From assembly GCF_964355755.1 (NCBI RefSeq), contig NC_092672.1, positions 3,720,001 to 3,784,000 on the forward strand: 64,000 nucleotides of DNA, given 5' to 3'. The notes beneath the pieces are model-generated. The model was not told where the DNA came from, searched no databases, and worked only from the letters and a program-made list of their open reading frames with translations. The DNA is from Antedon mediterranea. Its lineage: Eukaryota > Animalia > Echinodermata. This document shows, one piece after another, positions 48,701 to 60,900 of the stretch (its first letter is position 1; each line of letters opens with the position of its first letter). The position numbers and the translations under genes are program-made.

Positions 48701-51700
48701 ATTGATGGTTTTGAGGATTCAACGACCAATGAAAAACCAAAAGATTTAACAGAAGATTTTGATAAAGAGGAAACAAGTAATGACTCTACACCTACAGAGG
48801 AAAGTAGTAAGAAAGAATGTAAAGAATCGGAAGATGTTGAGAGTAAAGAAGAGGAATGCAGTTCAGAGCAACGTTTAAGTAAAGTTTTTGCCACTGGAGA
48901 GATTGTTCCATTGCCAGAGGGAACTGTTAGAAGACAGACAAAAGACTATGAACAGTTACTTAGTGATGTTGATAAAACATTATTGGACCAAGCTGGTGAT
49001 AAAGACTGCAGTAAAAAAGGTATTACAAAGCTAAGGCCTAAGAAAATTGTTGGCCAAGGCCAACTGACCCAAAATTTGAAAAAATCTGTGTTGCCTTTCT
49101 TTTTGGTTTTGTTACAATTCAATTCAATTCAACTTTATTTCAGACAAACTGTCCATATGAAACACATAAAGTTTACAAAAACAACACATATTATGGCTTT
49201 ACTGATACTAGTTAACACACGTAAAAGTATACATGAGATTAATTACGTTTTACAGAATTTGTTTTAACATTAACTACTCACACTTTGCCTAGACCTAGAT
49301 CTCTCGCCCCACTTGGATGAATGTACGTCTTTTTTTAAAGTTGTAAATTGCATGCATGACTGAGTTTTCTATTTCACCATCTATTTTTCATTACATCCAT
49401 GTCATCGGCAAAAACATACAAACTTGACCCAATTAATGTTTTTGACACCAGAAACAACCAGGTAGGGATGATGCAGATAAAAATGTAATTGTTGATATTT
49501 TTTTTACAAGGGACTGTTGAAAATACGCTAACCCCTATTGAAGTTAGTGAGATCCGTGATCTTGGCAAGATAATGTTATGTCGAGAGCCATCTGACGAAG
49601 ATTCTGAAAGTTTACAGGGAGGCTGCAATCGTAAGTAAAATTTTAGTTCATATTTATCGGAGTTTTAATCATATTTGTTTACAATTGTGCACTATACATT
49701 ATGTGTTTCAATTCAGTGTTTTTTTTGCAAATTATTTTTTAAATAAAAAAGAAAATAAGAACGTTAATAAAGCTCTGTCTACACTATCAAACTTTATGTG
49801 ATGTTCCCACATATGGACATGATGATTTCATATCACTACCATATTTAATAATAATAATATCCTGGATTTATATAGTGCCTGTTGTGAAACCTCTAAGCGC
49901 TAAACATTTTTACCCCAGTCATTTTTTTGGATCAAACATGTTGAAACATACGCCCATAATACAGCTAGTAATCAGCGCAAAGTTGTGTCTTCATCTATTA
50001 CCGGGTACCCATTTATACACCTGGGTGGAGAGAAGCAAACGTAAGTATCTTGCCTAAGGATACAAGTAATGCGACGAGAGTTGGATTCAAACCTCGATCT
50101 CACAATCAGAAGTTGAACATCCCAACACAATGCGCCACACGCCTTACTTATATTTGGCCATATCAAACTAGTTTGATAGTGTAGACAGAGCTTAAGAAAT
50201 AAATGTTGTTCTATGGTATACAAGTTCTTGTATGCTCCTCCTCCTTAACCTGTGTTGTACTTGGCTCTCTCACTCGCATCAAGTGTTTCTTTCCAATTCC
50301 AAATATGCAGAAGTTCAACAATCTTTCTAAGCAGATTTACAGTATTATGGAGATTTCATTTTTGTCAACCTAGAATTTATATCACAATATTGAGTCGCGA
50401 TTCGCATACATATTTGTTTTCTTTTTGCGGACCGTGTAAAATCAGCTCACGCTCGCTGGATCACCTCTTAAAATACTGTATGGTCGTTAAATATGTTCAG
50501 CGCTTAAAAGGTTTCACAACATTAGGCGCTATATAAATCCAGGATATTATTATTATTGTTGTTAATACTAACAATAAAAACGTCAAATAATTTCAAACAC
50601 AATTTTAACATAAAAATAACAATCAATAATAAGAAAACGGGTCAAATATACTATAGCATATATATTGAAATATGAAAACTGTTTAAACTTTGAATATGGG
50701 TCGGGGTTGCATCGTACCGTGAGATGATGGATGAAAATTCTCACTTTAGTAATTACTTACATATACATTTAAAAAATCTGTGAACAACTGATTATGACTT
50801 AAATAATGGATGTGAATATGCACTCCAGTAATATGATCATGAATAAGAAAATATGCATCATTATTATCATAAGTATCAACCATATAATGTTGTGATTATG
50901 ACGAATAAAAACGATACAATAAATGATGAAGAATAAAACAATACAATAAATGATGATGAATAAAAACAATACAATAAATGATGATGAATAAAAACAATAC
51001 AATAAATGATGATGAATAAAAACAATACAATAAATGATGATGTATAAAAACAATACAATAAATGATGATGAATAAAAACGATACAATAAATGATGATGAA
51101 TAAAAATGATACAATAAATGATGATGAATAAAAACAATACAATAAATGATGATGAATAAAAACGATACAATAAATGATGATGAATAAAAACAATACAATA
51201 AATGATGATGAATAAAAACGATACAATAAATGATGATGAATAAAAACAATACAATAAATGATGATGAATAAAAACAATACAATAAATGATGATGAATAAA
51301 AACAATAAATGATGATGAATAAAAACAATACAATAAATGATGATGAATAAAAACAATACAATAAATGATGATGAATAAAAACGATACAATAAATGATGAT
51401 GAATAAAAACAATACAATAAATGATGATGAATAAAAACAATACAATAAATGATGATGAATAAAAACAATACAATAAATGATGATGAATAAAAACAATACA
51501 ATAAATGATGATGTATAAAAACAATACAATAAATGATGATGAATAAAAACGATACAATAAATGATGATGAATAAAAATGATACAATAAATGATGATGAAT
51601 AAAAACAATACAATAAATGATGATGAATAAAAACGATACAATAAATGATGATGAATAAAAACAATACAATAAATGATGATGAATAAAAACGATACAATAA

Positions 51701-53848
51701 ATGATGATGAATAAAAACAATACAATAAATGATGATGAATAAAAACAATACAATAAATGATGATGAATAAAAACAATAAATGATGATGAATAAAAACAAT
51801 ACAATAAATGATGATGAATAAAAACAATACAATAAATGATGATGAATAAAAACGATACAATAAATGATGATGAATAAAAACAATACAATAAATGATGATG
51901 AATAAAAACAATACAATAAATGATGATGAATAAAAACGATACAATAAATGATGATGAATAAAAACAATACAATAAATGATGATGAATAAAAACGATACAA
52001 TAAATGATGATGAATAAAAACGATACAATAAATGATGATGAATGAAAACGATACAATAAATGATGATGAATGAAAACGATACAATAAATGATGATGAATA
52101 AAAACGATACAATAAATAATGATGAATAAAAACGATACAATAAATGATGATGAATAAAAACGATACAATAAATGATGATGAATAAAAACAATACAATAAA
52201 TGATGATGAATAAAAACGATACAATAAATGATGATGAATAAAAACAATACAATAAATGATGATGAATAAAAACAAATTATGATAAATAAGAATCATGAAA
52301 TATAATTATTTCATTTACATTTATTAATATCAACAGTTCTCAGCATTTTGAAGATAAGGAAAACTCAAAAATGATAAATACACTCAGAAATGAATTCACT
52401 CATGACTGAATTGCATGATCTTGTTATGAGTGTGATTGAAATAAAGAAATAAAAAACAATAATACAATAATTATTATACATAACAACCATATAATAACCA
52501 TACAACTGTATCATAAATAATCGCATAAAATATAAATAAAGCAATATTATTATTATAAATAAATTCCATGCAATAAAAGTTTCATAAATATATACAGTTA
52601 TGATTAAATATTATGATTACAAATTTAATGGAATATGATTATTATTATTAATACGTAAATCAATTCATTTATTATGACTACTATTTTTAATATCATAAAT
52701 AATACCATTATAGATAAAACTTAATCATACAGAAAACCATAAATATAATATGAGTAATTTAAGAAGTGACATAAAAATCATAAAACCACAACAATATTCT
52801 ATCATAAGTTAAACAAGTACTGTGTACCATATATCGTAAATATTGAATCGCATAAATATTGTCACCATAAAATAAAGTATCCATTACAATTACATTCGTT
52901 ATTTCAAATGTATGTTAATGATAATTATGTACTTTTTACAGCGTTACATCCTTTAAAACATAACCATCTAGAGAATTATAAATTTATTTATTTATTATTT
53001 TAACATTTATAAAGCATTTAACATAATCAAATATCGACAACAATCTGTTTTGCATATATGGTTCTGTGTTAAATATATATATTGTACATAAAAAATATAT
53101 TGTATTGAAAGCTTAACTATTAACATAATTATCAGCAATACTATGAAGCCATTATGCACCAAATACATTATTTATGTAAATTATAAGAGAAAGAGAAAAA
53201 AAATTTGAGAGTACATCGTCGTTCATTATTCTAAAACTGCTCAATGATGACAGATTATCTTGATTAAACTAGCGAGATTGCATTGTGGTAGAATTGAACT
53301 TGTTTTTCCTACAAGTTTCTCCCTGGTATCTTATTACCTCGTCCTTTGGATGAGATGTTAAGTGTGTTGGTTGCCGTGGGCTGGATAATCGTGAGTGATG
53401 AGCGTGTTGGTTGATGCAGTGATATAGATAATGTATATTGATAATGTTATTACCATTAATGTGTACTTATTGTGGTTGAAACATGGTTTTAATGTGACAT
53501 AAAAAAAATGCTCAACTACACAATGTTCTTAATATAAATATTCTGTTACTATGTTTAGGTAATGTTTTGCTAGTATTTATTACAGTTTGTTTCTCCCAAG
53601 AGAACTATAATTAATCTATTTAAATCTGGAGGATTTTGTAATTGTTTAATAACGGATAAATAAATAGAATTTTGTGTTAAGTTAATCTAGGTAGTGTAAT
53701 ATGCTGACCCAGCTAATGTGCAGCTCTAGTCAAAAACAATAGTACTTGTATGCATTTTAGTAGCCTCTTGTTGTAAATTTTGTTGACATTTTATACAGAA
53801 ATAGAAAATCACCTGTTCGAGGAAAAAAATAATTTTGATAGTGTATAG
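27796..53848 (+). CDS. SSH: Protein phosphatase Slingshot homolog (SSH-N, DEK_C, dual-specificity phosphatase domain, long acidic C-terminus), ~959 aa
   Basis: Exons 27796-27861 (MSLVTVQRSPT), 37215-37261, 38126-38217 (SVNESFFAVKGAAL), 41257-41327, 41983-42164 (AVRLES..RYMVLVS..EENVILGID), 42593-42658 (KPVSVQAMW), 43088-43282, 44003-44123, 44489-44617, 45295-45341 (GSEWNASN), 45887-46033, 46328-46388 (intact VHCKMGISRSAS), 47128-47267, 47674-49019, 49511-49630, all phase-consistent. The terminal exon 53799-53848 (QIENHLFEEKNNFDSV*, AATAAA at ~53859) is a lower-confidence guess. Confidence 0.92.
28375..29218. mobile_element. MULE-like non-autonomous element, ~85-bp TIRs, in SSH intron 1
   Basis: TIR CGCCGTGGTTAGGATTCCGGCACC... 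from 28383, inverted copy ending 29218; 9-bp ATTAATTTA at 28366-28374 and 29219-29227 (8 extra nt at the left end). Confidence 0.85.
31168..31774. mobile_element. Kolobok-like MITE (TTAA TSD, AG...CT termini)
   Basis: TTAA|AGACCCTTTCCCTACA...TGTAGGAAATGGGTCT|TTAA. Confidence 0.8.
32790..32910. repeat. 21-bp G-rich minisatellite (GTGCTGAGAGGAGGGTGGGGT)
   Basis: About six degenerate units. Confidence 0.85.
32966..33280 (+). mobile_element. Full-length tRNA-derived SINE with Deu/Nin-type core
   Basis: A box TGGCCGAGCGG, B box GGTTCGAGGC; core TCGGATAAGGACTATAAACCGTAGGTCC...CACTTTAAAGAACC...GAGTAGGGGGTTACCCCGGTGT resembles the AmnSINE/DeuSINE core. Partial copies at ~3020-3078, 21094-21196 and 56640-56780 (-). 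Confidence 0.8.
34421..34581. mobile_element. PIF/Harbinger-like MITE family A
   Basis: Same TIRs and internal CCAAATATGGTAGTGATATG repeats. Confidence 0.85.
37436..37822. mobile_element. Tc1/mariner-like MITE (TA TSD)
   Basis: TA|CAGTAAAACCTCGGAAAGAAACCCA...TGGGCTTCTTTTCGAGGTTTTACGG|TA; internal AAAAGAAGCCC repeats. Confidence 0.8.
38291..39189. mobile_element. ~900 bp non-autonomous DNA transposon, PIF/Harbinger-like termini
   Basis: Perfect ~38-bp TIR CGCCCGTATTCTTAAACCGGACTTTAGTCGTAGTTCGA; subterminal CGACTAAA repeats; TSD not clear. Confidence 0.85.
39193..39352. mobile_element. PIF/Harbinger-like MITE family A
   Basis: Same TIR and body; abuts the right end of the 38291-39189 element. 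Confidence 0.8.
42381..42532. mobile_element. PIF/Harbinger-like MITE family A
   Basis: Same TIR and body. Confidence 0.85.
43316..43463. mobile_element. PIF/Harbinger-like MITE family A
   Basis: Same TIR and body, TAA on both flanks. Confidence 0.85.
44198..44301. mobile_element. PIF/Harbinger-like MITE family A (internally deleted)
   Basis: TAA|AGCTCTATCTACAC...GTGTAGACAGAGCT|TAA. Confidence 0.85.
44728..44975 (-). mobile_element. tRNA-derived SINE with ACCTTT-type (RTE-like) tail
   Basis: A/B boxes on minus, core GTCCACTCAGCTGTAAATGAGTACCTGG; second copy at 62218-62460 (+). Confidence 0.8.
45489..45795. mobile_element. Inverted-repeat element enclosing a tRNA-derived segment
   Basis: ~62-bp TIRs TTGGTCAGAT.TTTTGCCCTACTCTGACGTAAT...; internal minus-strand A box TGGTCTAGAGG and B box GGTTCGAGTCC. 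Confidence 0.7.
46122..46280. mobile_element. PIF/Harbinger-like MITE family A
   Basis: TTA|AGCTCTGTCTACAC...GTGTAGACAGAGTT|TTA. Confidence 0.85.
49117..49470 (-). mobile_element. Degraded LINE fragment in SSH intron
   Basis: (ATTGA)n tail at 49117-49132 and an FADD-containing peptide (SSLYVFADDMDV) on the minus strand. Confidence 0.45.
49770..50192. mobile_element. Family A MITE interrupted by a tRNA-derived SINE (49848-50145, minus)
   Basis: MITE halves 49770-49846 and 50148-50192 with TAA flanks. The insert has an (ATT)n tail, a B-box-like GGTTTGAATCC and a CTCCACCCAGGTGTATAAATGGGTACC core on the minus strand. Confidence 0.8.
50895..52275. repeat. 28-bp minisatellite (AATAAAAAC[A/G]ATACAATAAATGATGATG), ~49 copies
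   Basis: Directly visible array in the probable last SSH intron. Confidence 0.97.
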
Positions 53849-55710
53849 ATCATTTAACAATAAAAAAAAACTTCTTATGGTCAGCAGATGACCTACTTTG
53901 AGCAAAACTTAAATTATTTGATTATTATTGATTCTAACTAAGTTCATCACAAATATATTTAAATGTCTCCATATTTGTAAATATATAAATAATAGGTACA
54001 TATTTTCAAAGAATTAGTATTTTTCAGTTTAATTATCTGCTTAAGTTTAAAGTTGTTTTTCTTGTGAAAAATGATTGTATTGGAGCAGGTAGTTTGTTGG
54101 ATAAAATGCTTGCCTTCCAATCCCTGGTCCTTGGGTTCAATCCTGGCCTCCATCCTAACCCCTCCACTACACGTGACAATTGTTTAGTTCATCTTTTTTT
54201 TGTCTTTTATTATTTCATTTCCAAAAACACAACACGCCACCAGCTGTGGCATTTAGTTCTATCCTGTATTGGCGAGTTACTTGCTGTTAGATGTGTATGA
54301 AATATTTAAATGATGAGTTTCTTAACTTCTAATTTGATCCCTAAATAGAATATGACTTTAAATATCATTGTTATTGTGGACACATTTTTTAATTTAATCA
54401 ATCAATAAAGACTATTTAAATGTTGCTTTGAATTTATATGTTACAGCTAAAAACTGTACTAAGAATATATTAGTTAAGTGATCAAATCCATTTTAAATGT
54501 TGACAAAGGCAAAAAAACCTAAAAGATGGTATTTGACAGAAGGAAGTGGCTTCTTTGCAAAAATGTTGTTGTGTTTGCCACTGAAAAATGAGGGGGACCA
54601 CAAACAAGTAGTAGTCCCCAGCCAACCCAACACCCCCCTTCCTCCCCCATTATGTTCACCAATCCATTCAACAATTTATTTCATATAAGTGTGATCGCAA
54701 AATAATTTATTATTTAATAATCGTACATTATGTAACCAAATTGGTGTCGTTCCTGCCAACAATAACATTTCATTTTTACTAATTTTATTCTATGGTTTTA
54801 TCAGCTTAAGAAGAACGCTGTTAAAATTATTCTCAAGTTCGATGATTTTATCACGTTACTCCGTGTTTACACTTGAAATTGTCCGTTCTTCATTAGCGAA
54901 TTACTTTGCGGCTACATCTAAAAAAGATTGTTGGAAAGTTACATCTCGTAATTTGACAAGTTTTTTGCTGCTGGCTATCAAACATCAAAATAAACAAAAT
55001 ACTGTTTGAACACAACAGAAAGTTGACAGGGAACTAATTATTGAAAATTGTCTTTATCAAGGACACATAGTAAGGTTTGCCATTTCAGATATTGTACATC
55101 GTATATATTTAGTTTACATAAATTTGTTTTAAAATTTCATTTATAATCTAGGTATATAGCCTTGACATATTAAAGAGAATGTTACAAATTAAAAATTAAA
55201 AATCCATTTGAGACTTTCTTTCTATATCCATTAGAATTTAAGTAATTTATTTTAAAGTCATAAATATTTGTAAATACTATACAGTATTTATTATCTGCTG
55301 TAGAGTTTAATTTTTAATTCAGTAGTATCTTCCCAGTACAATTGCAGTCAATTTAATACTCCTTGTGTATGGATTCATGCAATAGAAAACATTTCTTTCA
55401 CGAACAAACAACCTGAAGTGGGGAAGTTAGGTTCAATTTTGGCTGCAATATTGGACCCAAAATTGCAGATAACAATAAACATACAACCTCTATCTCAACC
55501 CCTCTTTCTAATAATAGATATTTATGTACTGTAAGTGTATAATAGTACTACAATATACTGTTGTTATATCTTACATTTTCAAGGTCTCCCAAGTGTTTTT
55601 GATTATGCAAATCAAAAGATCTATCAGTGTTTAATTTTCCAATTATTCTTTTCCAAAAATTCAATTTTTGCTAGGTTTTTCTGTGAAAGAAAATGCAAAA
55701 ATAGAGTTAT

Positions 55711-55860
55711 ACTCTGTCTACACCACCAAACTGGTTTGACAAGAAATTCCCAAATAGGGTAGTGATATGACCAAATATGGTAGTAATGACATCATCATGT
55801 CCATATATGGGCACATCACATTTTTTTTGTCAAATAAAGTTTGATAGTGTAGACAGAGCT
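55711..55860. mobile_element. PIF/Harbinger-like MITE family A
   Basis: Same TIR and body. Further copies at ~58609-58773 and ~60173-60335; partial ones at 3918-3945, 21240-21260, 21418-21497, 40737-40823. Confidence 0.85.
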
Positions 55861-56164
55861 TTACAATAGGAAAATGAAGTTGGTGTGAGAATATATACTT
55901 GAACAGATTAAGAACGACAAGGCTTTTAGACAAGTTGCTTTTAATATTTTACTTTGCATGCTTGGCAGCTAATCCAAGTAAATGCATCATACATTTCATT
56001 GAATTTGCATTGTAAAATAGCGCCTTTAGCTGTGCTTTAGAAAGCATAGCCAGCATACAATAGTTCTTGAAAAAAACAAGAACCTAAACAAATATTGTTT
56101 TTATTATTTCAGTATGTTATTCTACTCGGCGATGGATCCAGGGGGGTTGCGCTTGGAGCGCATG

Positions 56165-56500
56165 CTTCTCTTTTTGACTGTTAACTGGAATTATGAACTA
56201 TTTTTTAATGTCTATTTTTGACAGACTATTTAAACATAATGTAGCGGGCTTCTCTCTTTGACTGTTAACTGGAATTATGAACTATTTTTTAATGTCTATT
56301 TTTGACAGATTATAAACATAATGTAGCGGGCTTCTCTCTTTGACTGTTAACTGGAATTATGAACTATTTTTTAATGTCTATTTTTGACAAACTATTTAAA
56401 CATAATGTAGCGGGCTTCTCTCTTTGACTGTTAAATTGAATTATGAACTATTTTTTTATATCTATTTCTTACAGACTATATTAACATAATGTTAGCGCTC
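56165..56500. repeat. ~85-bp tandem repeat x4 inside a CAGGGGCGG-type (hAT-like) element (~56127-56515)
   Basis: TTTGACTGTTAACTGGAATTATGAACTATTTTTTAATG... repeated four times; ends CCCGCCCCTG like the 20698-20858 element. Confidence 0.8.
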
Positions 56501-57790
56501 CTGATCCCGCCCCTGCTACCTTGTTTATTTATTTTATTTTATTTCATGTCTTTAGGCAATGTGGCCAAGTATTACCAATAGTGAATTAATCACTGTCCTA
56601 TCAGATAGGTTGTAATCCCCCTGATACAGGGGCTATTTTGTGAACCAGTTCACCAGGGTAACCCCCTACTCTTTTCGAATAATGAACTGGGTTCTTTAAA
56701 GTGCACACAGGTTATAACTGTGTACACTGGACCTACGGTTTATAGTTCTTATCCGAGAAGACTTGTTCCACCACCAGAACTAGTTAAAGTTAAACTTATA
56801 TTTAACAATTTGATATTTCATGATTAATTTATTGATGAAAAGTCATAGTATTTTTAAATTTGTACAGGCTATAAAAGGCAGACCTAGAGAACTGCGTTAT
56901 ATCGATTTATTGAACAGAATGTACCAATACACTCCAGCATACAGTCAGTGTAATCCCATATTTTAATTTGTTAATACCCCAGGTATCCTTGTCATATACT
57001 CTTTGTAATAACAAATAATTTATAAGAAAAAAATTAATTAAGCAAAACAAATTGATCATTTATTCGCATCATGCCCAAAGCAAAATTTTTTTTAAATTAT
57101 TTAATTTCCATAAATTAAATTCTGGCAAGCAGTAGATTGAATAATTTTATTATCATCTTCTTATTAAGGAAAATTAGATACTGTATCATGTTACGGTATA
57201 ATAGCTGAAGAGAGCAATGCATTTTAATCTGTTCATTAATGCTGTACTTAAACTCTTTTCACACAGAATTGTAGCAATATTGTTATAAGAGTGACCAGGA
57301 GGAAACATCATGTTACAGTATAATTAGCGAAACTGAGGCAAGTACTTCATCGCTGAAGGCTTGGTTTGCTTTCATGTGTTCTAATGCTGAGCTTAAAGCC
57401 CTTTTCACACAAGATTTCGCCAATGCTTATAGTCCAAATCCCTTTCACAAAAATCAGGCTTCTGACTGAGAGTAATAATGGAAACTACCTAACTACTGAA
57501 AAAAAAAGTCTTCCTGGTTTTTATAGCAAAATGTGTTGTATTTGACCATTTTAATGGAAATTCATGTTTTTTCATCTTGATTTCTATTACAACTATTTGA
57601 GTTATGTACAGTTAACCAGATATTATATTTCACATTCATGTCTGTATCTGAGCTTTAAGCCCTATTTGACCAGGGAGGAGATGTAAATTTCCTTGTTTTG
57701 ACATAGAATTTTACCAATGCCAGTCAAAGGGAAGCCCTTTCACACAGATCAGGCTTCTGACAGTGATAGTAATGGAATTTGACTAGGTTC

Positions 57791-57970
57791 AAGCGTGGTT
57801 CCCACTAGCGACGCAACACAAGGACATAACGCAACGCAAGTGAATTGACCAATCACAAGTGATGGCTTATTCGCTTGTGATTGCTAACTGTCTATAACTT
57901 CGCTTGTCATTGGTTAAAACGCTTGCGTTGCGTTTACGTCCTTGCGTTACGTTCTAGTGGGAACCAAGCT
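57791..57970. mobile_element. Palindromic Harbinger-like MITE family B
   Basis: Near-identical, in inverted orientation, to 46410-46588. Confidence 0.8.
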
Positions 57971-60829
57971 TTAGAAGCGGTCTTACAAAAGCTTTTGGGT
58001 CCTTTTTAAACAGATAAGCTGGCCATATTAAAGCACAACTCTCTGTGTGAATAGGAGTTTATTTCTTTTCTTCACAGCTTGGAATGATGCCTGATAATAT
58101 TATTCTGTCTGCTCTATGTTAATGAATATGTTGTTACATTTTATTTTAAATCAGCTATAACTGATTTGCATATATTCAACCATTAAACTTTGATAGTTTG
58201 ATATCTACCATCATCTCCTTCATGTCATTGTCACATTATTTTTTGTAATCATTCAATTTGAAATTCTGTATAGATAAAAACATTTCTAACATTAAAATGA
58301 TTGAAATAAATAATTTATTGTAAAACAAGTGACAGACTTATTATGCATTCAATCAATCAATTAATGATATCATAATGACGTTTAATGTTATTTAATGACA
58401 TTTAATGATAGTTAATGACATTTTTAAGTGGATTTGTAAAGGTCAATCTTTCTTTCTTGTCTTGTCACTTTAGCAACTCAAAATACTTTGTCACACTATC
58501 AAGTTTATTATGAGATCTAGAACAATGATAAAGAATGACAATGACAAGAATGACAATGGTATAAAAAAAACTTTTTTCTTCAGTATATCATACAGTAAAC
58601 CTTCCTAAAGCTATGTCTACACTATCAAATTAGTTTGAAAAAAAAAGTGTAATGTGCCCAAATAAGATAGTGATATGCCCAGATATGGTAGGGATATGAC
58701 ATCATCATGTCCATATATGGACACATCACATTTTTTTGTCAAATAAAGTTTGATTATATACAGTAAACTGAGCTTAAATTGAATAATTTGATTTTTAAAT
58801 GTTTTCTTTATTATACCTTGTGAAGTAAATCAGTTTAGTTTTTACTTTGCAAAATAGAATTTTGATTAAAAAAAAGATTGAAAAATGTCTTGGCAAGGGA
58901 AAAGTATTAAATTTATTATATTTTATTTTAATATCAAAGCAATATAAAAATAGTCAAAAAAATATTTGGATATTTTTTTGCAGCGGATGTAATTTTTATG
59001 TTTTCATGTGGAACAAGCCAATCCATAATGTAACTCTGATAGGCCGCAATTTAAATCCGATAGGGAAAAAAGCGTGTAAACATAGCCGTCCTTTCCGAGA
59101 CATCTGTGTGTGCAAACCTTAGTAAACAGTATCAAATGACACGTTCTATACACTCGCAATCATTTTGTTTAATCTTTTATACTGTAATATAGTACACACC
59201 GAGGAGTTTATACCTCTCAATTTAAAAATAAATAATTGCTTAAGGAAATACCTATATAATCCAACCTACTTTGTTTCGGATTTATATCGTCTTATATTCA
59301 ACAAAATGTGTTGCAAAGGAACTCTTTAGTGTATATCAGATGATGAAAATAAAACTAGGGCTTACGCCGCCACATGGGGAGAATCGATTTATTTGAAGTA
59401 GCATGGAAAGTGGTTGGTAAACATCATCTTCATCATTGTACAATATATTTCAGTTTATGTTAATGCAAATATTTTCAACATATCAATAAAGTACAGCAGT
59501 TGGCGATGCTAATTTTGTTTGAATACATTTTTATGGAACGCAGGCATATTAAATAGGATGTTTTATGGCTGTGGTATAAAGTCTAATCATTGTGTATTTA
59601 TTATTATACAAATCTGTGATTAATTTATTTATGTACATTTCTTATTATAACTGAATATATAATGTTACATAATGGTATTACTAGTTCAGTACTCAATGCA
59701 ATATATTACATAAAGAGAGAAGTACATAGTTATTTATAATTCATAATTTATTTATATTTCATAATTTATTTATAATTCATAATTTATTTATAATTTATAA
59801 TTTATTTCGGAACTTCACTTTTGTAACAGTGGCACACTTCACATTTTGAAGGTGCGTCCAACAAAAAATGTATAATAAATGAAAGCATAAGATAGACACA
59901 AACATACTTTAACACTTACTTAATCTACATACGGTAACATGTAATAAACTCATTCATTCCCCTCCCTTCCTTTCTCCAAATATAACAAGTACAACATGTA
60001 ATTTAAATACAGTACATGATTACTACGGTAGTCTTAATCAACACAACCAATCACTAAATTCAACCCCCCCCCCCCCCCCCACCTTACACCTTACTTACTT
60101 AATATAAACATACAGTAGTTGTAGGTACTTTAAAAGAAAAATAAAGAAGGCAGGATCAAAGAAAGATCTTAAAACTCTGTCTACACTATCAAAAAAGTGT
60201 GATGTGCCCAAATATGGTAGTGATATTCCAAAATATTGTAGTGGTATGACATCATCATGTCCATATATAATAATAATAATAAAAATAATAAATACTTTAT
60301 TTTAACACGGAATATGGGCACATCACATTTTTTTAAACAAATTAAAATATAGAAACAATAATAGGACACTGCATAAGAAACTTTAAATTTTATTGTTTGT
60401 TTTTGCAGACAATATTTATAAAATGTGAGTCAATATTTGTTTTCTGGAAATTAAATTTCATGAATGGAGTTTATACAATAGACCCTCCACCTTATTTCAA
60501 TGTATAGAGTATAGAAATATAGTTGATATACTATTTTTATAAAGTTTGTATTACAGTGACAGTGGTCCTCCAACGTCTTTTGCCACTCCAGGCACACTAA
60601 TACCCTTTTCACATCCGCGTAAATTCAATTTTACAAGTTGGGACATCTCAGAAGAAAAGAACAGGCCTCTCATCAGTGTGTTTCTCTCCCGAGATTTCAA
60701 AGGGGTCCCCAGGAGATTTTACAGATAATTGTTTTCACACTACAGTATATGCAAACCTGGTTACAAGTTGTTACATTTTGCAGCTGTGAAAATGGTATTG
60801 ATGAGTGTTGTTTTTAATGTGGCTGAAAT

Positions 60830-60900
60830 GAATAAAATAAATAAAATAAATAAAATAAATAAAATAAATAAAATAAATAAAATAAATAAATAAATAATAA
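60830..60900. repeat. (AAAATAAAT)n simple repeat
   Basis: Directly visible. Confidence 0.9.

Noticed and set aside
47743-48894. Minus-strand ORFs (250, 89, 93 aa)
   Set aside because: Antisense shadows of the large SSH exon.
49020-49267. Read-through C-terminus of ORF 47543-49267
   Set aside because: It runs past a phase-1 donor at 49019 into a LINE tail; a phase-matched exon follows at 49511-49630.
50895-52275. CRISPR-like array
   Set aside because: Units are contiguous with no unique spacers; eukaryotic context and no cas genes.
50799-52296. Three 458-482 aa minus-strand ORFs
   Set aside because: Artefact of a 28-bp repeat that lacks stop codons on that strand; no coding signature.
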